NCBI RefSeq assembly: GCF_000150275.1
Contig: NW_002060963.1
Location: 230,627 to 294,626 of the forward strand
From: Trichoplax adhaerens
Taxonomy: Eukaryota > Animalia > Placozoa
Length of the DNA stretch: 64,000 nucleotides
Reading direction: 5' to 3'
The notes below the pieces were generated by a model. That model saw only the letters and a program-made list of their open reading frames with translations. It was not told the DNA's origin and made no database searches. The position numbers were made by a program, and so were the translations under genes. Positions 1-19,600 of this stretch are shown piece by piece (the first letter of the stretch is position 1; every line of letters begins with the position of its first letter).

Positions 1-3000
1 AATTCGTATTTCACGGCTAATTAAGTTCTTTTGATCCGCATCCATTTCTAAGTCCTCTAAATTTTCCTGAAATGCAAATGAAAATAAAAAATTATTATCC
101 AACGTTATAGCGACACATGAATTATTATGATCAAATGTCTTCATAGCATACTTCAGAGCGTGCTAACTTAATATTCATCATGGATGAGGGTTTAGGAGAC
201 TCTACAATAGCAAAAACATTTATATATCTTACGCCTTTAAAATTTGTAATGATACATTTATAATCATCAATGTTGCTCAGAAGTACCTTTTATGAATTCG
301 TTTTGTAATTTACCAGCTAAAACATTCCAGTTAGCTTTCAAAAACATGTCAATCTCCGCTTTGACAGAGATGTCTTCCTCCTAGTATAGAATATGAAACC
401 GTTAGTATACTGAAAATGTTGTTAAACGGGATGATATTGCATCTGAACCTCCTGATCGGGCGATAGATCAGCTGACTCAATATCCATAACAGTATCAGAA
501 TTATTTTCCGCTCTCCTTCTAGCGAGATATTCATCTAGTCGTTTTCTATTTTTTTCGTCTACCTTAATCTGTAAGAAAGTATCAGTTAGGTTCATAAGAA
601 ACTGAAAGTCAATTATATCGCGTACACTGGGTTAGAGGAACATAGAAAGCATTACCAGTAATTCTTTCTCGCCAACTTGCAAACCATGCAATAAACGTAA
701 TGCTCTTAATGTGGCCTCAGGATCAGCGTATTCACAAAATCCGAAAGCTGTGCAATAAGTAATGATGGTGGATCTGTTAAAATGACCTCGATGCATTGTA
801 GCTAAGGTCAATCTACATACGAAAGATAAAACTTACGTTGTAATTTTCCAGTTGCTCCTTGAATTCTTTTCCAGCTAACTACGGTACCACATTTCTATTT
901 CGCATCAAGATGTATAAAAATCATTAACGGATATTATTCGGAGTCATTAGATCACAGCGACTTTTAATTTCGACAGCAATTGGACATAAAACTATTATTT
1001 ATGCCATTTCATTCCATTTACTATTATTAAAATCTACATCTATACTACTGTAATATATAAGCCTTAGCCATAGTTTTGATAGTTAATGCAAATGTGACTT
1101 TGAAATATATAGCGATAAACGTTACATATGATACATACCATTAGTAACTGCCTAATAAATGTATCAGTCGCTACTTCAGTGATGTTTCCAACAAAGACAG
1201 TTGTAGTTTTAGGCTTCTCCGTAGTTTCCTAAGCCAACGTTAATGACATCACTTTTTAGTACGTAAATTAGACTTTACAGTATAGTAAATGCAATACTGT
1301 GCAAATATGCAGCAGATATATATATATATAGCGAAATAATCAACAGTAAAAGATCTTTAAAGCAGTATACCTTCAAGGCAGCAGTCAAACACTTACATGC
1401 GTTGACATCTATAATGTGGAAAAATTATGCCTTAAAATAGTTACGTAATTTACCTGTTGACGTTGTGTAGCAGGTTTAGTAGCCGGTTGTGCAATAGTTG
1501 TAGTCGTAGGTAGCGGGGCTGGTGGCATAGTGGAATTAGCAATCGGTGGTATACTCTACAGAATATGTAAAATGATGTCGAATCGATATAAGTAAACCGT
1601 AGAACAATTACTGTTACAAGTGGCCAGCTAATTCTGTTAGTATTTATGGTATTGAACAAAGTATCATCTCTAAATTAATTCTTGGATATCATGTATTCAA
1701 TCTATCAAGTAATTGTTAAGTTATAAGCAATATTATCAAGATTATTCAAATTGGTAACCAGGAAGCCGATGAAAAGTTACTTACTTGCATCATATGAGGT
1801 GGTACTCCGACCCCAGGAGGAACCGGTGGCATAACCGCAGGAGCACCTCGCAATGCAGCTGCTATCAGGTTAATAAAGAGAGGTTGATTTAAAAGTTCGT
1901 GTTATTTAGAAAATTTAGGTACTACTGGTTTATTTTAGCAACATTTGGAGTAAGTTCTATAATCGTGTTACTAAGCCAATCATCTCCATTGAATATTATC
2001 ATAGACTATTTCAGAGTACAGACAGGGCAAATTAGCTATCAATACAGGTGATAATACAGTACATAGTGTCTACTGTAAATATTTCAATCACAAACGCGGA
2101 GAAAACTACCAAGAGAACGCTTATAGTTATTATTTGTGCTTTTCTACATTGAAATTATTTCCAGTTATGTTAATTATGAGAACATGTAGAATCTTAACGC
2201 AATGAAACGAATTGAGATAGCTGGCTGACAAAGTAGAAAGGGCATAATCGATCCAATGCAGTTTGTCAAGTATGGTAGCAAATAGTTGCGAAATGCCTTC
2301 GTACGAATAGTTTTTCTTGACGGTAACGATCTAGCGATCGATTTCAAGATCGTCAATGAGATTATCATTCTCTAGACGCGATCATTGTAACGATAGGAAA
2401 ATGTTTGATGCTGACATTTTAAAAAGTAAGATTACGAATTGAACTTGAATTGATGCCGATCATGTCTGTGCCAACGACTGGTATAGAGCTTGATTGCAGA
2501 TTAAGTGGCACAGTAAGTTTTTTTTGATACAAGATAATAGTACGATAGCAGCCAGGAGACTGTTGTACCATGGACTACCAGAAATGACTACGTAATCATT
2601 TCCAGTAGTCTATGGTTGTACGTTGCCTGTTTCCATGATGAGCCTTGAAGAATAGAGTTTATTTCCTTGCACTATTCTATCGGAATCGACGTTTTCTGTC
2701 TGAAGAGAATGATGACAGTGCTATATGTTGCAGTCGATGGGATGAATTCAAGATAGATGGGATAAAATATGACTTTGGTTGTAGTATTTCACCAGTCGAA
2801 GGGAGTTGAGTAACAAACGATGACAACAACAACCCATCATGCAAGTAATTTGTGGAGCAAAGGCATTTACGAAAGAATATTAAGAAATGTATCAAAGTCC
2901 AGACTATCTATCTCCAACTACAAACAAGGGTATCCATGCGTACTATCCTATACATCTATCGATCACGGAGTAATTGATTGACAGAGATATTTAATTATGA

Positions 3001-3485
3001 TGGAAGGACATTTATGCGATTACTTTGGCCTTAGCTAACTAGAGTCTACTGTCTGTGTATATCAATCTAGCATAAGAGAGAGAGAGAGAGAGAGTGGAGG
3101 TGATACACCTTAACTACCCTATCAGTACATCGAGTTGATACATTTGCCTGTTACTAAGAACCATTTGATGATAGTAAGCCATTGAAAAATAACAATTGCA
3201 AATCAAGTTGAACGATTAGGATGGACAACACGACAAGAATTGTCACTGAACTATGCCATCTTGGCTATGTTAACATGAGTGTAATTGAGCAATATGATCG
3301 ATGACATAGAATAGACGACATCACTAACCATTGGGCGGCATTGGAGGCCTAGCAAACGGATTGAATGTCGGCATCGTCACTGGCATTCTAGCCATTGGTG
3401 GTGGTACACCAGCCATGGTGACTGGGGTCGCCGGTACATTGGATGTGGTAGGTGCATGGACTGGCCTGTGTTGAAAATTCGACAT
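1..3485 (-). CDS. RBM25: RNA-binding protein 25 (splicing factor; Pro-rich N-terminus + RRM), 5' part, multi-exon, continues beyond the left edge
   Basis: ATG at 3485 opens MSNFQHRPVHAPTTSNVPATPVTMAGVPPPMARMP (exon ends 3329, donor GTTAGT). Further exons at ~1786-1862 (AALRGAPAVMPPVPPGVGVPPHMMQ), ~1454-1556, ~1139-1228 (PKTTTVFVGNITEVATDTFIRQLLM), ~837-894 (KCGTVVSWKRIQGATGKLQ), ~656-748 (AFGFCEYADPEATLRALRLLHGLQVGEKELL), then IKVDEKNRKRLDEYL. This matches the RBM25 RRM signature TVFVGNI...WKRVQGASGKLQAFGFCEY. Confidence 0.93.
2568..2615. repeat. 48-nt imperfect palindrome (hairpin) in the first coding intron of RBM25
   Basis: Left arm ccatggactaccagaaatgactac versus reverse complement of right arm ccatagactactggaaatgattac: 20/24 match, no spacer. 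Confidence 0.75.
3076..3093. repeat. (GA)n microsatellite
   Basis: agagagagagagagagag directly visible. Confidence 0.85.
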
Positions 3486-3800
3486 TACTTTAACAGAGCG
3501 TTCCTTTAACTAGCTTCGTTGCAAGATTGAAATCGGTTTGGAAGACTTGTAGTCTACCATAAGCACCGTTTCAGTTGGATGGCAAGCAGTTTCTTCAATG
3601 GCAGTTTGTCCGCGTTTTTATGCAAACTTGTGTGGAACCCGCAGTCACTACTGTAGCCAGTAGGTGCTTGACGGAAGTGGCACACCACGACAGTCACTAG
3701 CCTACAGTAGCCAGTAGTGTACGGCGTGTTGTATAGTCGTTGAGCTAGACGACCTTTCCTGCGCTCACTGACTGCGCAGTACCAGTTTCTTTCATAGCGC

Positions 3801-4366
3801 GTAAGGTCTTCTTTTAATCAGTCTCTCCTACCGTCTGTGCCTAGCGTACTGGTACAGGCAACTGGTACCGCACTGGTACTGGGAACTGGTACCGTATGAG
3901 TACCCATTTTATGCAGCTTTTGGACGGTCCTGATTCAATGTAAGGTCTTCTTTTAGTCAGTCTCTCCTACCGTCTGTGCCTAGCGTACTGGTCCAGGCAA
4001 CTGGTACCGCACTGGTACTGGGAACTGGTACCGTACCAGTACCCATTTTATGCAGCTTTTGGACGGTCCTGATTCAATGTAAGGTCTTCTTTCAGTCAGT
4101 CTCTCCTACCGTCTGTGCCTAGCGTACTGGTACTGGCAACTGGTACCGTACCAGTACCCATTTTATGCAGCTTTTGGTCGGTCCTGATTCGATGTAAGCC
4201 TGTAAGGTCTTCTTTTAGTCAGTTTCTCCTACCGTCTGTGCCTAGCGTACTGGTACAGGCAACTGGTACCGTACTGGTACTGGGAATTGGTACCGTACCA
4301 GTCAGTACTCGCAACTGGCACCGCACCAGTACCCATTTTATGCAGCTTTTGGACGGTCCTGATTCG
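3801..4366. repeat. Minisatellite, 4 copies of a ~139-bp unit upstream of the RBM25 start codon
   Basis: Unit gtaaggtcttctttta(a/g)tcagtctctcctaccgtctgtgcctagcgtactggtac...acccattttatgcagcttttggacggtcctgattc starts at ~3801, 3940, 4079 and 4202. Copies 3 and 4 lose or gain internal ACTGGTAC sub-repeats. Confidence 0.95.
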
Positions 4367-5139
4367 ACCTCTGTTGTTACAGACCGAAACTGACCGGACG
4401 GAACGCAACGGTGCATATATATAGTACAGTATATACCTTAGCACCTTACACACTTCCGATAGTGTACCGTACATCGGAAAATGTCCAGTAAAAGCAAACA
4501 AAAAATCCCAACAGTGCCGGTCCATTTCACTCTTGGACCTCAACATCGTCTGAAGCGCAGTCGAGTGACTCCACTACACTTCACACGGTAGGCGTCGCTA
4601 TACATCACTGTTTCTGCCCATAGCGTGTCCTTATTGAGAGCCAACAGCGTACAGTATGGCACGAGGGAGAGCCATGTGCTGTTCAATCAGTCATGCATGT
4701 TGCTGGATTGGGGAGTCAAGGGTTTCAATAATAACTCAGCAAGTTCTCTAAAGTGATATATAGCAAACCCTCTTCGACATAGGTAGTAAGAATTAGAATA
4801 AGCTTCTAAATCTTCAATCAGTTCACTGTGATATCGTCTTTGAACCATGATTGATACTTGGACTCCCTTTACGTTATCATAAGGCCAAAGGGTAGAAGAA
4901 ATCACTTCTATTCAGTAGTATCAAAGAATACGCTACAATAGTACCCGATATCAATATCACCAATCTACTGTATTTGTGTCACATACTACTGTACTGTACT
5001 GTACTATGAGGGTGATCGGAAAGGTTTTCTCCTTGGCCTATCCATTTTTTTGTATCCTTTCCTTGAATAGATAGAGTTCAGAAAACATAAAAGAAATGCA
5101 TCGTCTGCGGCTATCTAGAATTAGCTGGGGAAAGTAACG

Positions 5140-5162
5140 ATAAATAAATAAATAAATAAATA
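5140..5162. repeat. (AAAT)n microsatellite
   Basis: ataaataaataaataaataaata directly visible. Confidence 0.8.
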
Positions 5163-7157
5163 GAGAAAGAAAGAAAGAAAATAACCGAACATGATGTCAA
5201 TGTGTTTTGAGAGGGAGAGCTAGGAAAGGAAAAATTGGCTCAGCGTATGATTACACCTGTCGAAGGTTCGACTTGATCCACCTATTCTATGCCAAAAGCT
5301 AGAGATAATCGCATTATTGCATACTGTCTACCGAGACTTTGATCCATGTTGCCTCCTAATTTGTTGAATCGGAGTAAGCTATGGCAACTCGACCATGTAA
5401 CAGTATTGTATTCGTTTAAAATCAACGCTTACGCCTTATACTCGTTATGCTGACAATTTACTCCAATGTCTGCAATTTGAAACCGATCCGACGCTTTAGC
5501 ATGATCATTAAACATACCAATTCACTTGATTGTCATGAAGACAAAATGTGAGTGTTACTTACCGCAATGGATATTTGCAAGATTGCCTTGAATTTCTTGT
5601 CGAGTATGTTTTAAAGTAGTGATACTATTGCGTGAAATACCAGATCAATTCCCCATCGAACAACTAGACAATCACTTTAGGTTGGTACTATGGAGGCTAT
5701 GTTTGTAATTATTATACGGGTATTGAAGACGTAGCTTTGCTTGGACGTATTCTAGTTAAAATTGAAGTGAATTATTATTCAGTTTAGCAATACTGAGGGC
5801 AGGTCAAGGAGGGTTAATGATAGACAAATACAAATAATCAATTTCAAAGATATGACTAAGCTATCATACGAGTATTTTAAGCCAGTTGTTTATAGTAAGA
5901 TCCTAAATAGAACAGGCTATCCTCGGATTTTGATTGGAAGACACTAAGGCATACTTTGCCGTACATTATTACTGTCAGTCTACAATACTGCATCCATTTT
6001 ATGACGTGATCGTATCACTAAATAAACAGTCTAAACGATATGGTTGGTGACTCTGTAAACAGCTTTTCATGCTACGGTAGTCTATCATTAAAGTTTAGCA
6101 AAGATAAGTTTACAGAAAGCTTACTGAGCAATGAGCAGCCCAGCCTTGTTGTATGATTCTTGTTGGCAACTGCCTTCAAAAGCCACAGGAACAAACAAAT
6201 GTTGCGGATATACGGATATTTACACGTGCATATGTTAGTATACACGCATCAAAAGAGATATAGTTTAATAATATCATGATGAAGTTAGTAATACATCAAA
6301 ATCTATACAATCGGCTAATGAGAGTAATGTATATAAAATACGCATTACATGAAAGACGCATATAAAGCTTTAGTGCACAATTTCGCAATTATAAATAATT
6401 TTTTAATACAGCATATCAGTTGATTCTTAATTATGACATATGTTCTATAGATCTTGTGATAAAATTCGCATTTTTCGGACGTTGTTGGTCGATGCGTAAA
6501 GTAATGCACGATATTATCCATTCCTTTCTTATTTAAACAATTCGGTATGAGGTAATTCTTAACATTTTGCTATTAATAAAGCTCTAAATAAATGAATCAA
6601 TAATTACTCTTAAATGGCTTTTACATACTAGACGTATACTAATATCGTTTTAGGTAGACGAAAATTTACAAACGCCAATTTAAAGTTTATAATCAGGATT
6701 AATAGTACTATTAAATATATTTCATTGTTAGTTAGAGTCGCATGAATGTTATGATCGGTTGTAATCCTGCCTATCTACAAGTATTTCGTCTGCAAAGTTG
6801 GTCCAAAGTATGCATACACATACATACACAATTATCAATGGTAAATTTAAATTATATGACATAAAGGATATGAATTTCGAAATGATTAAAGCAGCTATGC
6901 GTTTGGGCGAATGCGCAGTCCTTAAAACAAGCATTTTCTACTACATAGACTACTGTAACTAACTATCAATAAATGCTGTGTTGGATCAAATTTTTCTTAC
7001 TAATATTTTCATTTAACAACAAACAATGACAAAATTTTGCAATATGGGTGAAATACATAATATCTTTGACTATCAGGCTATAAATAGAAATCGTATCACA
7101 ATTTTTACGTCGGTATCGTACGTGACAGGTCCTGTAGCATTAATCTAGAGATAACAT

Positions 7158-13332
<6,175 letters not shown>

Positions 13333-14405
13333 CTGTGAGATTGAACAACATCAAAATTAGGTCAATATGGATTCAGGCAGAAAATGGAGATGGCGGATAA
13401 TTTGCTAATATAAACGACATATTATTTTCACATTTCAAGTAAATAAATACGTATGGGAGCAAACACAATCACGTAGCATACCGCCACCATTGCCATACTG
13501 CCGATTGACGTGAAATACCCTACCGTGTCAAGCACTACTCATGAAGTTTATAAGTCAGTATGGCAACAACAAATAACAACTGAATGGAATCATCGATGTT
13601 TTAGGCCAGGTCCAAGACGGACAGTATTTCATTGAGAGCAAACTTTTTACCATCGATCAGAGTCTTCCTAGTTAGTTGGAATTCATTTTTTTCTTCTACC
13701 ACTAAGTTTCCTTGAATAATTTAGTAGGCACTAGTTAACTTTTGTATAGAATAAATTGAATTTTACATCGAATTGGAAGTATCCATTGGTTAACTATTTG
13801 TTTCCATCGTTTCTTTCGTATTCGAGTGGGTCGAGAAACATCTTGTAATGATTGAAAAAATGGGGAAAATACAGTACGGTCGACTAGGGGTAACGGACGA
13901 AGGGTAAAATTGGACATACGTAAAATAAGAAAGGGATGGAAAATGTAGTATTTGTGTAGAACAAGTTGATTGGTATCGAGTGGAATGCATTTTGTTGGTT
14001 ACTACTGTACAAATCATCATTTCTATCGCTTGCTATAGAAGCTGATTAGAATGGATCCATCCTAACCAACGACGATATCCTATTGAAAAATTTCAAACTA
14101 TACCAAGATAGATGATTTTGATCAACAGTACTACAGTATATTGGCTACATAATGAGAAAAGAGAGGGAAAATGATTTTCTGCAAGATGTTTCATTTCACG
14201 TAGGAATTTAAAATATCCTTTCTATCATTCTGTTCGATCCATCCAATTGGGAGTAGATCGATCAACAGTTTGTGATGATGTGATTGAGAAATAGGAAGAT
14301 AGAGTACAAGGCGTTGGACTAAGATGATCATTGTATAATCTAATCGATATAACTTGAAGTTGAATAGCAAACAAGAAATTAAAAATGAACAGGTCGTTTA
14401 AAGTA

Positions 14406-14660
14406 GTAGAGATGGTTTACTCGACAAACAGGGCCGAAGTTGGTCGTGGATAGCATGGAGGCATGGTAGCCTCCATTGAATGGAATGAACTATCGTAGAG
14501 ATGGTTTACCCGACAAACAGGGCCGATATTGGTTGTGGATAGCATGGAGGAATGGTAGCCTCCATTGAATGGAACGAACTATCGTAGAGATGGTTTACTA
14601 GACAAGCAGACGATCGATGCTGGTAGTGGATTGCATGGTGAAATTGTGTCTTCCATTGGG
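14406..14660. repeat. Tandem repeat, 89-bp unit, ~2.8 copies
   Basis: gtagagatggtttac... starts at 14406, 14495 and 14584. The first two copies are near-identical and the third is diverged. Confidence 0.92.
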
Positions 14661-15224
14661 TTGCTACAGTATCCATTGGATACATTTGTTGAAGTGTACG
14701 ACAGGCGTAGAACTTCAGGAGACACTACCATCCCATGGCAATAATCCCTCATCAAGTTGTCGAGACAGCAGGAGCCTACACTCTAGCCATACCCGATCGT
14801 TGTGATCAGCGATGGGAAAAATATCGCGCTACTGTCCACCACCACTCTATCGACTCCTCCTAAGACAAAATGTATTGTCTACGACAACAAATTGGATGCA
14901 ATTATGCTAGCAATACCTCTTCATTTTTGCTGGCCCAGTATTGTAACGAATGATGACACTCAGGACTATCATCTTCAGCGTATTCCAGTAAGGGTAATTT
15001 GCTGGCAGACGCCATTCTAATTGGAGGCGATTGTCGAGATGAGGATGATGATGGAAAAGGCCTATCGATTCATCAATCTTTTGCCTTTCCTATTGCATCA
15101 ATTTAATACTATTGCTGGTTGGTAAAGCAGTCGACAAATGAGCAAGCAGTTGGGACAATCTCATCACCAGCCTCGGAGTCGACTCAGATAGAACGCGTGT
15201 TTTGGTCACTGAAGGTCTCCAGAA

Positions 15225-15400
15225 CACTGTGCGCTGTACAGTGTACAGTATAGCAGTGTATGGGACATTCATACTTTTCGGATGGTCTGTCAGTCTTCTC
15301 TGTCAGTCTAACGCGGTGGTCGAGTAACAGTACTGTATTTTACAGTGCACAGTACAGCACAGACTGAGTACAATGTACAGTAGTAGTCGACTGTACTGTA
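15225..15400. promoter_or_regulatory. TACAGT/ACTGTA-rich cluster in the divergent ACAP-like / ZFYVE1 intergenic region; putative promoter element
   Basis: Dense ctgtacagtgtacagta, cagtactgta, cacagtacagcac and gactgtactgta motifs. Function is inferred from position only. Confidence 0.4.
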
Positions 15401-16091
15401 AAGGTATTTTCCACAACTTGCCCGACTTGGCATCTGTTCCTGTCGAGCTCTTCATCTTTCTCGATCTGTTGCAAGACTACTGTACTTATAAAAAGGAAAA
15501 AACAAAAATACGGTAGTGGTCTAAAATCATCTCACTCATCTGTGCGAATTTTGAGCCAAAGATGAGTATGAAAGTGCTGGATGATGCTATACTCTGCACC
15601 TGTCGATACAATGCCGTCTCGATAAGAGACGACATCACCCATGGCGATCGCGATGATTCTGTTACTCAGGTGCAGTGACATCATTTCTGCTTGCAATTTT
15701 CACTATCTGTGATACTCACTGTTTTCAACCGGCCGATGGTAATACTGTACCATTGAGTCATTGAGTTGTCTATGGTGGCCGAGAATCGCTAGCAATAATA
15801 ATGTCACCCATAATTGCCGACACTTAATTAATGACTACACCCTGAATACCACACAATAGTTTTACTTTACTGCTACAGTGGTAGAGCAATGTCAATAAAT
15901 GAACATATGTAGGTAGCATGGACTACAACTGTCGACAACTGTACGTAGGAAGAAACCCAAGGACACGGACTCTAATCCATGAACTGTTCCAGTACAAGAA
16001 CATTACCAAATTAGTATAGTAGTATCAATGAATTCATGATAGTCCTGAGTTGCCCAGTAATCAATCTAATCATACACTTGGTCAAAATAGG

Positions 16092-16111
16092 TGTGTGTGT
16101 GTGTGTGTGTG
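16092..16111. repeat. (GT)n microsatellite
   Basis: gtgtgtgtgtgtgtgtgtgt directly visible. Confidence 0.85.
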
Positions 16112-16689
16112 ATACTCTACTCTACTCGATGTTAACATGATTTTAGGATGGCGATGATTTTGCAGCAAGAATACCTAGACAGAGCGATATTGGCCATCCT
16201 ATTTTCGCCTAGGTGACATTATCGCGTTAGGGCGTGGTCTTGTACAGGCTCTCTTTGTTCCATTTGTCTTCTATTGTTCGTGATTCATCGGCCATATATA
16301 AACCAGTCTGAAGGAGTGTGAGTATGGTGTATCATATAGCACTAAATGTGAATATCGTATAATATAGAACGGGACGAGTGGGAATGAACAAGCCTAAATA
16401 TCGTTCTCCATCCTGGACAATGGCTGAAGCAAGACCTACTGCGCATGCCATTGCGTCATGAACTTGTAATGCCATCCATCAAAATAAACATTTTTTTCTC
16501 CATAGTCAACAAAAAAGAAATTGCAGCCCAACGAGTCTATAGTATCACATCAGCTTCTACTCTTGCAAGTGATCCAAACAAGCTCTGAAATTATCCAACA
16601 CTTGCTAATTCCACTGCTTTCACGGGTATCAATAATAATATTATACGTCTCTACAAGTTCGAATTAAGAGAGAGAGAGGGGGTGAGACA

Positions 16690-19600
16690 ATGTCGTCTTG
16701 TATTATTCAAGACACCAATGGCCAAATGAAGGAAAAGATTGAAATGGATAAAGATGATCATAAAGGTAGGCGAAAAGGTGTTAACATGAAGAGCTTACCG
16801 TCTTGTAATAAAAATTATCATAGAGCATAGTGCAATCCTTTTCCGAGTGAAATTTCTCCATCCTATCCGTTTCACTAGATATCACCGATTCTCTTTTTTT
16901 CTGAGATCATTTTTTTCTCAATCGCTTGCATCTTACTTATCCATCCAATCATTAATCTTTTTCATCATTCGCTGATTTTCTTCAAAATAACGTAAATAAT
17001 GTTAAAAGATAACATTGCCAAGACGAAAGAGTGAGTGCTTTTCTTGTTTTCATATCCATAGATTCAATCTAAAATTGTTCAATGAATAGCAAAATGATTG
17101 TTGCTTTGCGACACTGCCGACTAAGCTAGGTTGTTTAGGGTTTTATAAACTAACATTATCTTATCTTTCTATGACAACTTTATCATTCAATCGAGCTAGA
17201 CCGATTTTCTTACCTCAATAAATAGTGTTCAATACAGTAGCAGGCTAAACCACTCTCTTTTCGTCGGCTAATCATGGACTTGTATTATACAATCGATCAG
17301 ACATGTTATTTCAACACTTGACGTATGTTGATTACTGCAGTGTAAAACATCTCTTCAGTGCATCACAAATTTTCTACATTTTGGTTATCCTATCAGATAA
17401 CAGCAAGTGCAATATACCGTAATTTGCAGTAATAGATAGCTTATAACAAGAATAAAACACAGCAACAACATGTACACTTTACTGCTGCATCGCTGTATCT
17501 ACGTTGGTATACAGTAGATCAAATCAGCAATTTGCAATAGTATCGAGAAAATACGTATTCCATCAAAGCAGACGCTATCACTTTTGACCTTCCATATGAT
17601 AATAGATTGACAAAAATGGTTCGAGTTTTGGCATGATTATACCCTAGCTATTATTAGTCAGCACATTTCATGATGATACTGTAGTATCTCATCGAGTTAT
17701 TAATTGCATGTCTGTATCACAATTCATACTTTGTTGGATTTGTAATAAAAGTCCAGTCATATCAAGTTGCTTCAGGTGGGTTTATTTTGGTTTTTTTTCA
17801 TATACTACTTCGTAGTTATCCTACAGTAACTGTAGCTAAAAAAGCATATCATACCGTTATAATCATCGTGAGGAAATGTTACAATGTTGGGTGATTGTCA
17901 GTATTATCCGTAAAAATGTTTCGTTGTTAGACGGAAGAAGAGAGACTCTATTATTAAAAAGGTTATGAAACAGCAATTCCAATTCCTATTATAGATCATA
18001 ATGAAATGGTGACTAACTACTAAACAATATATTGTCAATAACTCAAAAGCAGCGGTATTTACAAATCAGGGTCGTTATAGTTTATGTACAACGAAGAAAA
18101 AAGAAAATATGAAAGAAATTATATTTGTACAATATCCTATTGCAGTATATATACTGTATATATATTTTCTCTTATCTTGGCATACATTAAAAATGTTAAT
18201 ATAATTATCCAGTATTGTCTTGAGCTCATCAATGTACTAAGAATTTATTTATACTAACTTGGGATTTTTTAGAATCTAATCATGTAAAGGAAGATCTTAA
18301 TATCCTCTGTCAAGCGGATCCTGTTTCAAATACAATAAATAGTTTTCTCTTGCTTGATGGTTCGGAAGAATTACAGGTAAAAAGAATAATTTACTTATTC
18401 GAGCTTACATTAGCGCACATGATTTCAGACATACAGTATTTGATTTAGTATTCATCAATACATCGAGACCAAAGCAATAGCAACGCACGATAAACACACG
18501 CAAATAGAATAATCGTATACCTGTGGTACCGTAGTATATTTGTAGTTACTAACATGTTATGCAATAATGAATGATCAGTACAGTAATTCATTAACCTCAA
18601 GGAGCCCTACTTTATCATCCTTAACCTTAACATGGCTACAATACAGAATATGAAATCAGACTTACCTCGATTGCTGACCTTGCTCAAATCTGCTAAATGG
18701 TGATATCATTGTCACCGTTATGGCAGATGGAATTTGATGAACTAATAAATACTCTAAGTTATAGAAAAATCGCTGAAATCACTTCAAAACAAGATACTGT
18801 TTCTATTCTAATCTGTTCATTCATATTCAGGTGCCTAATGATAAAGAATTTTTAGATAAACTCAGTTGTTACGATAACTGTAATGTCAAGGTTGTATCTA
18901 TCATTGGTAATACTGGTGATGGCAAATCTTACACCTTGAATCAAACATTTTTTGATGGTCAACAAGTCTTTGCAACATCTGCAGATCAAGATAGCTGTAC
19001 TATTGGTGTATGGGCAGCACTTTGTCGACCACTGCGTACTATCATACTCGATACTGAAGGGATGTTAGGTTGTAAAAGTGATGAAAATCAACGAATGAGA
19101 TTATTAATGAAAGGTACAAGAACGATGTCTTCATCAATTAATCGCAGTGTATTTTAATCCATTTTTTCCTATAGTAGTTCTACATATTAGGTAGCTGCAG
19201 CAATAAGGTTGTAGAATAGAAACCATGGTCTACTCTATGCCATAATTTCAGTTTATAAAAATCTTGTCTAACGATACTTAAGGACATCTTAATATATTTG
19301 TTGATAGCGAATGCTTACTGTATTATACTATATGTTTATATTTTATTTATAGTTCTAGCGATATCCGATGTCGTTATTTATCGCACACGATCACATCGAT
19401 TACATCGAGATATGTACAAATTTATCGGTCATGCATCAAAAAGTTACTTAAGATATTTTGCTTCCGAGTTGGAGCAAATTACCAATCGTTGCCATTTGAA
19501 AGGTTCTGTGTCTACACTTGGGCCTGCAGTGATTATTTTCCATGATACTCGTAACACTGACTTATTGGGATATGGTAAATATCATTCAATAAACTGACTA

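Noticed and set aside
3801-4546. ORFs 4115-4393(+), 4219-4416(-) and 4229-4546(-), and a CRISPR-like reading of the repeat
   Set aside because: The ORFs are by-products of the minisatellite. The units are contiguous with no unique spacers, and the context is eukaryotic.
13650-14020. ORFs 13735-13917 and 13790-14020 as the first coding exon of the ACAP-like gene
   Set aside because: I could not build a stop-free, phase-consistent splice path to the 13332 acceptor, so the start is left unresolved.
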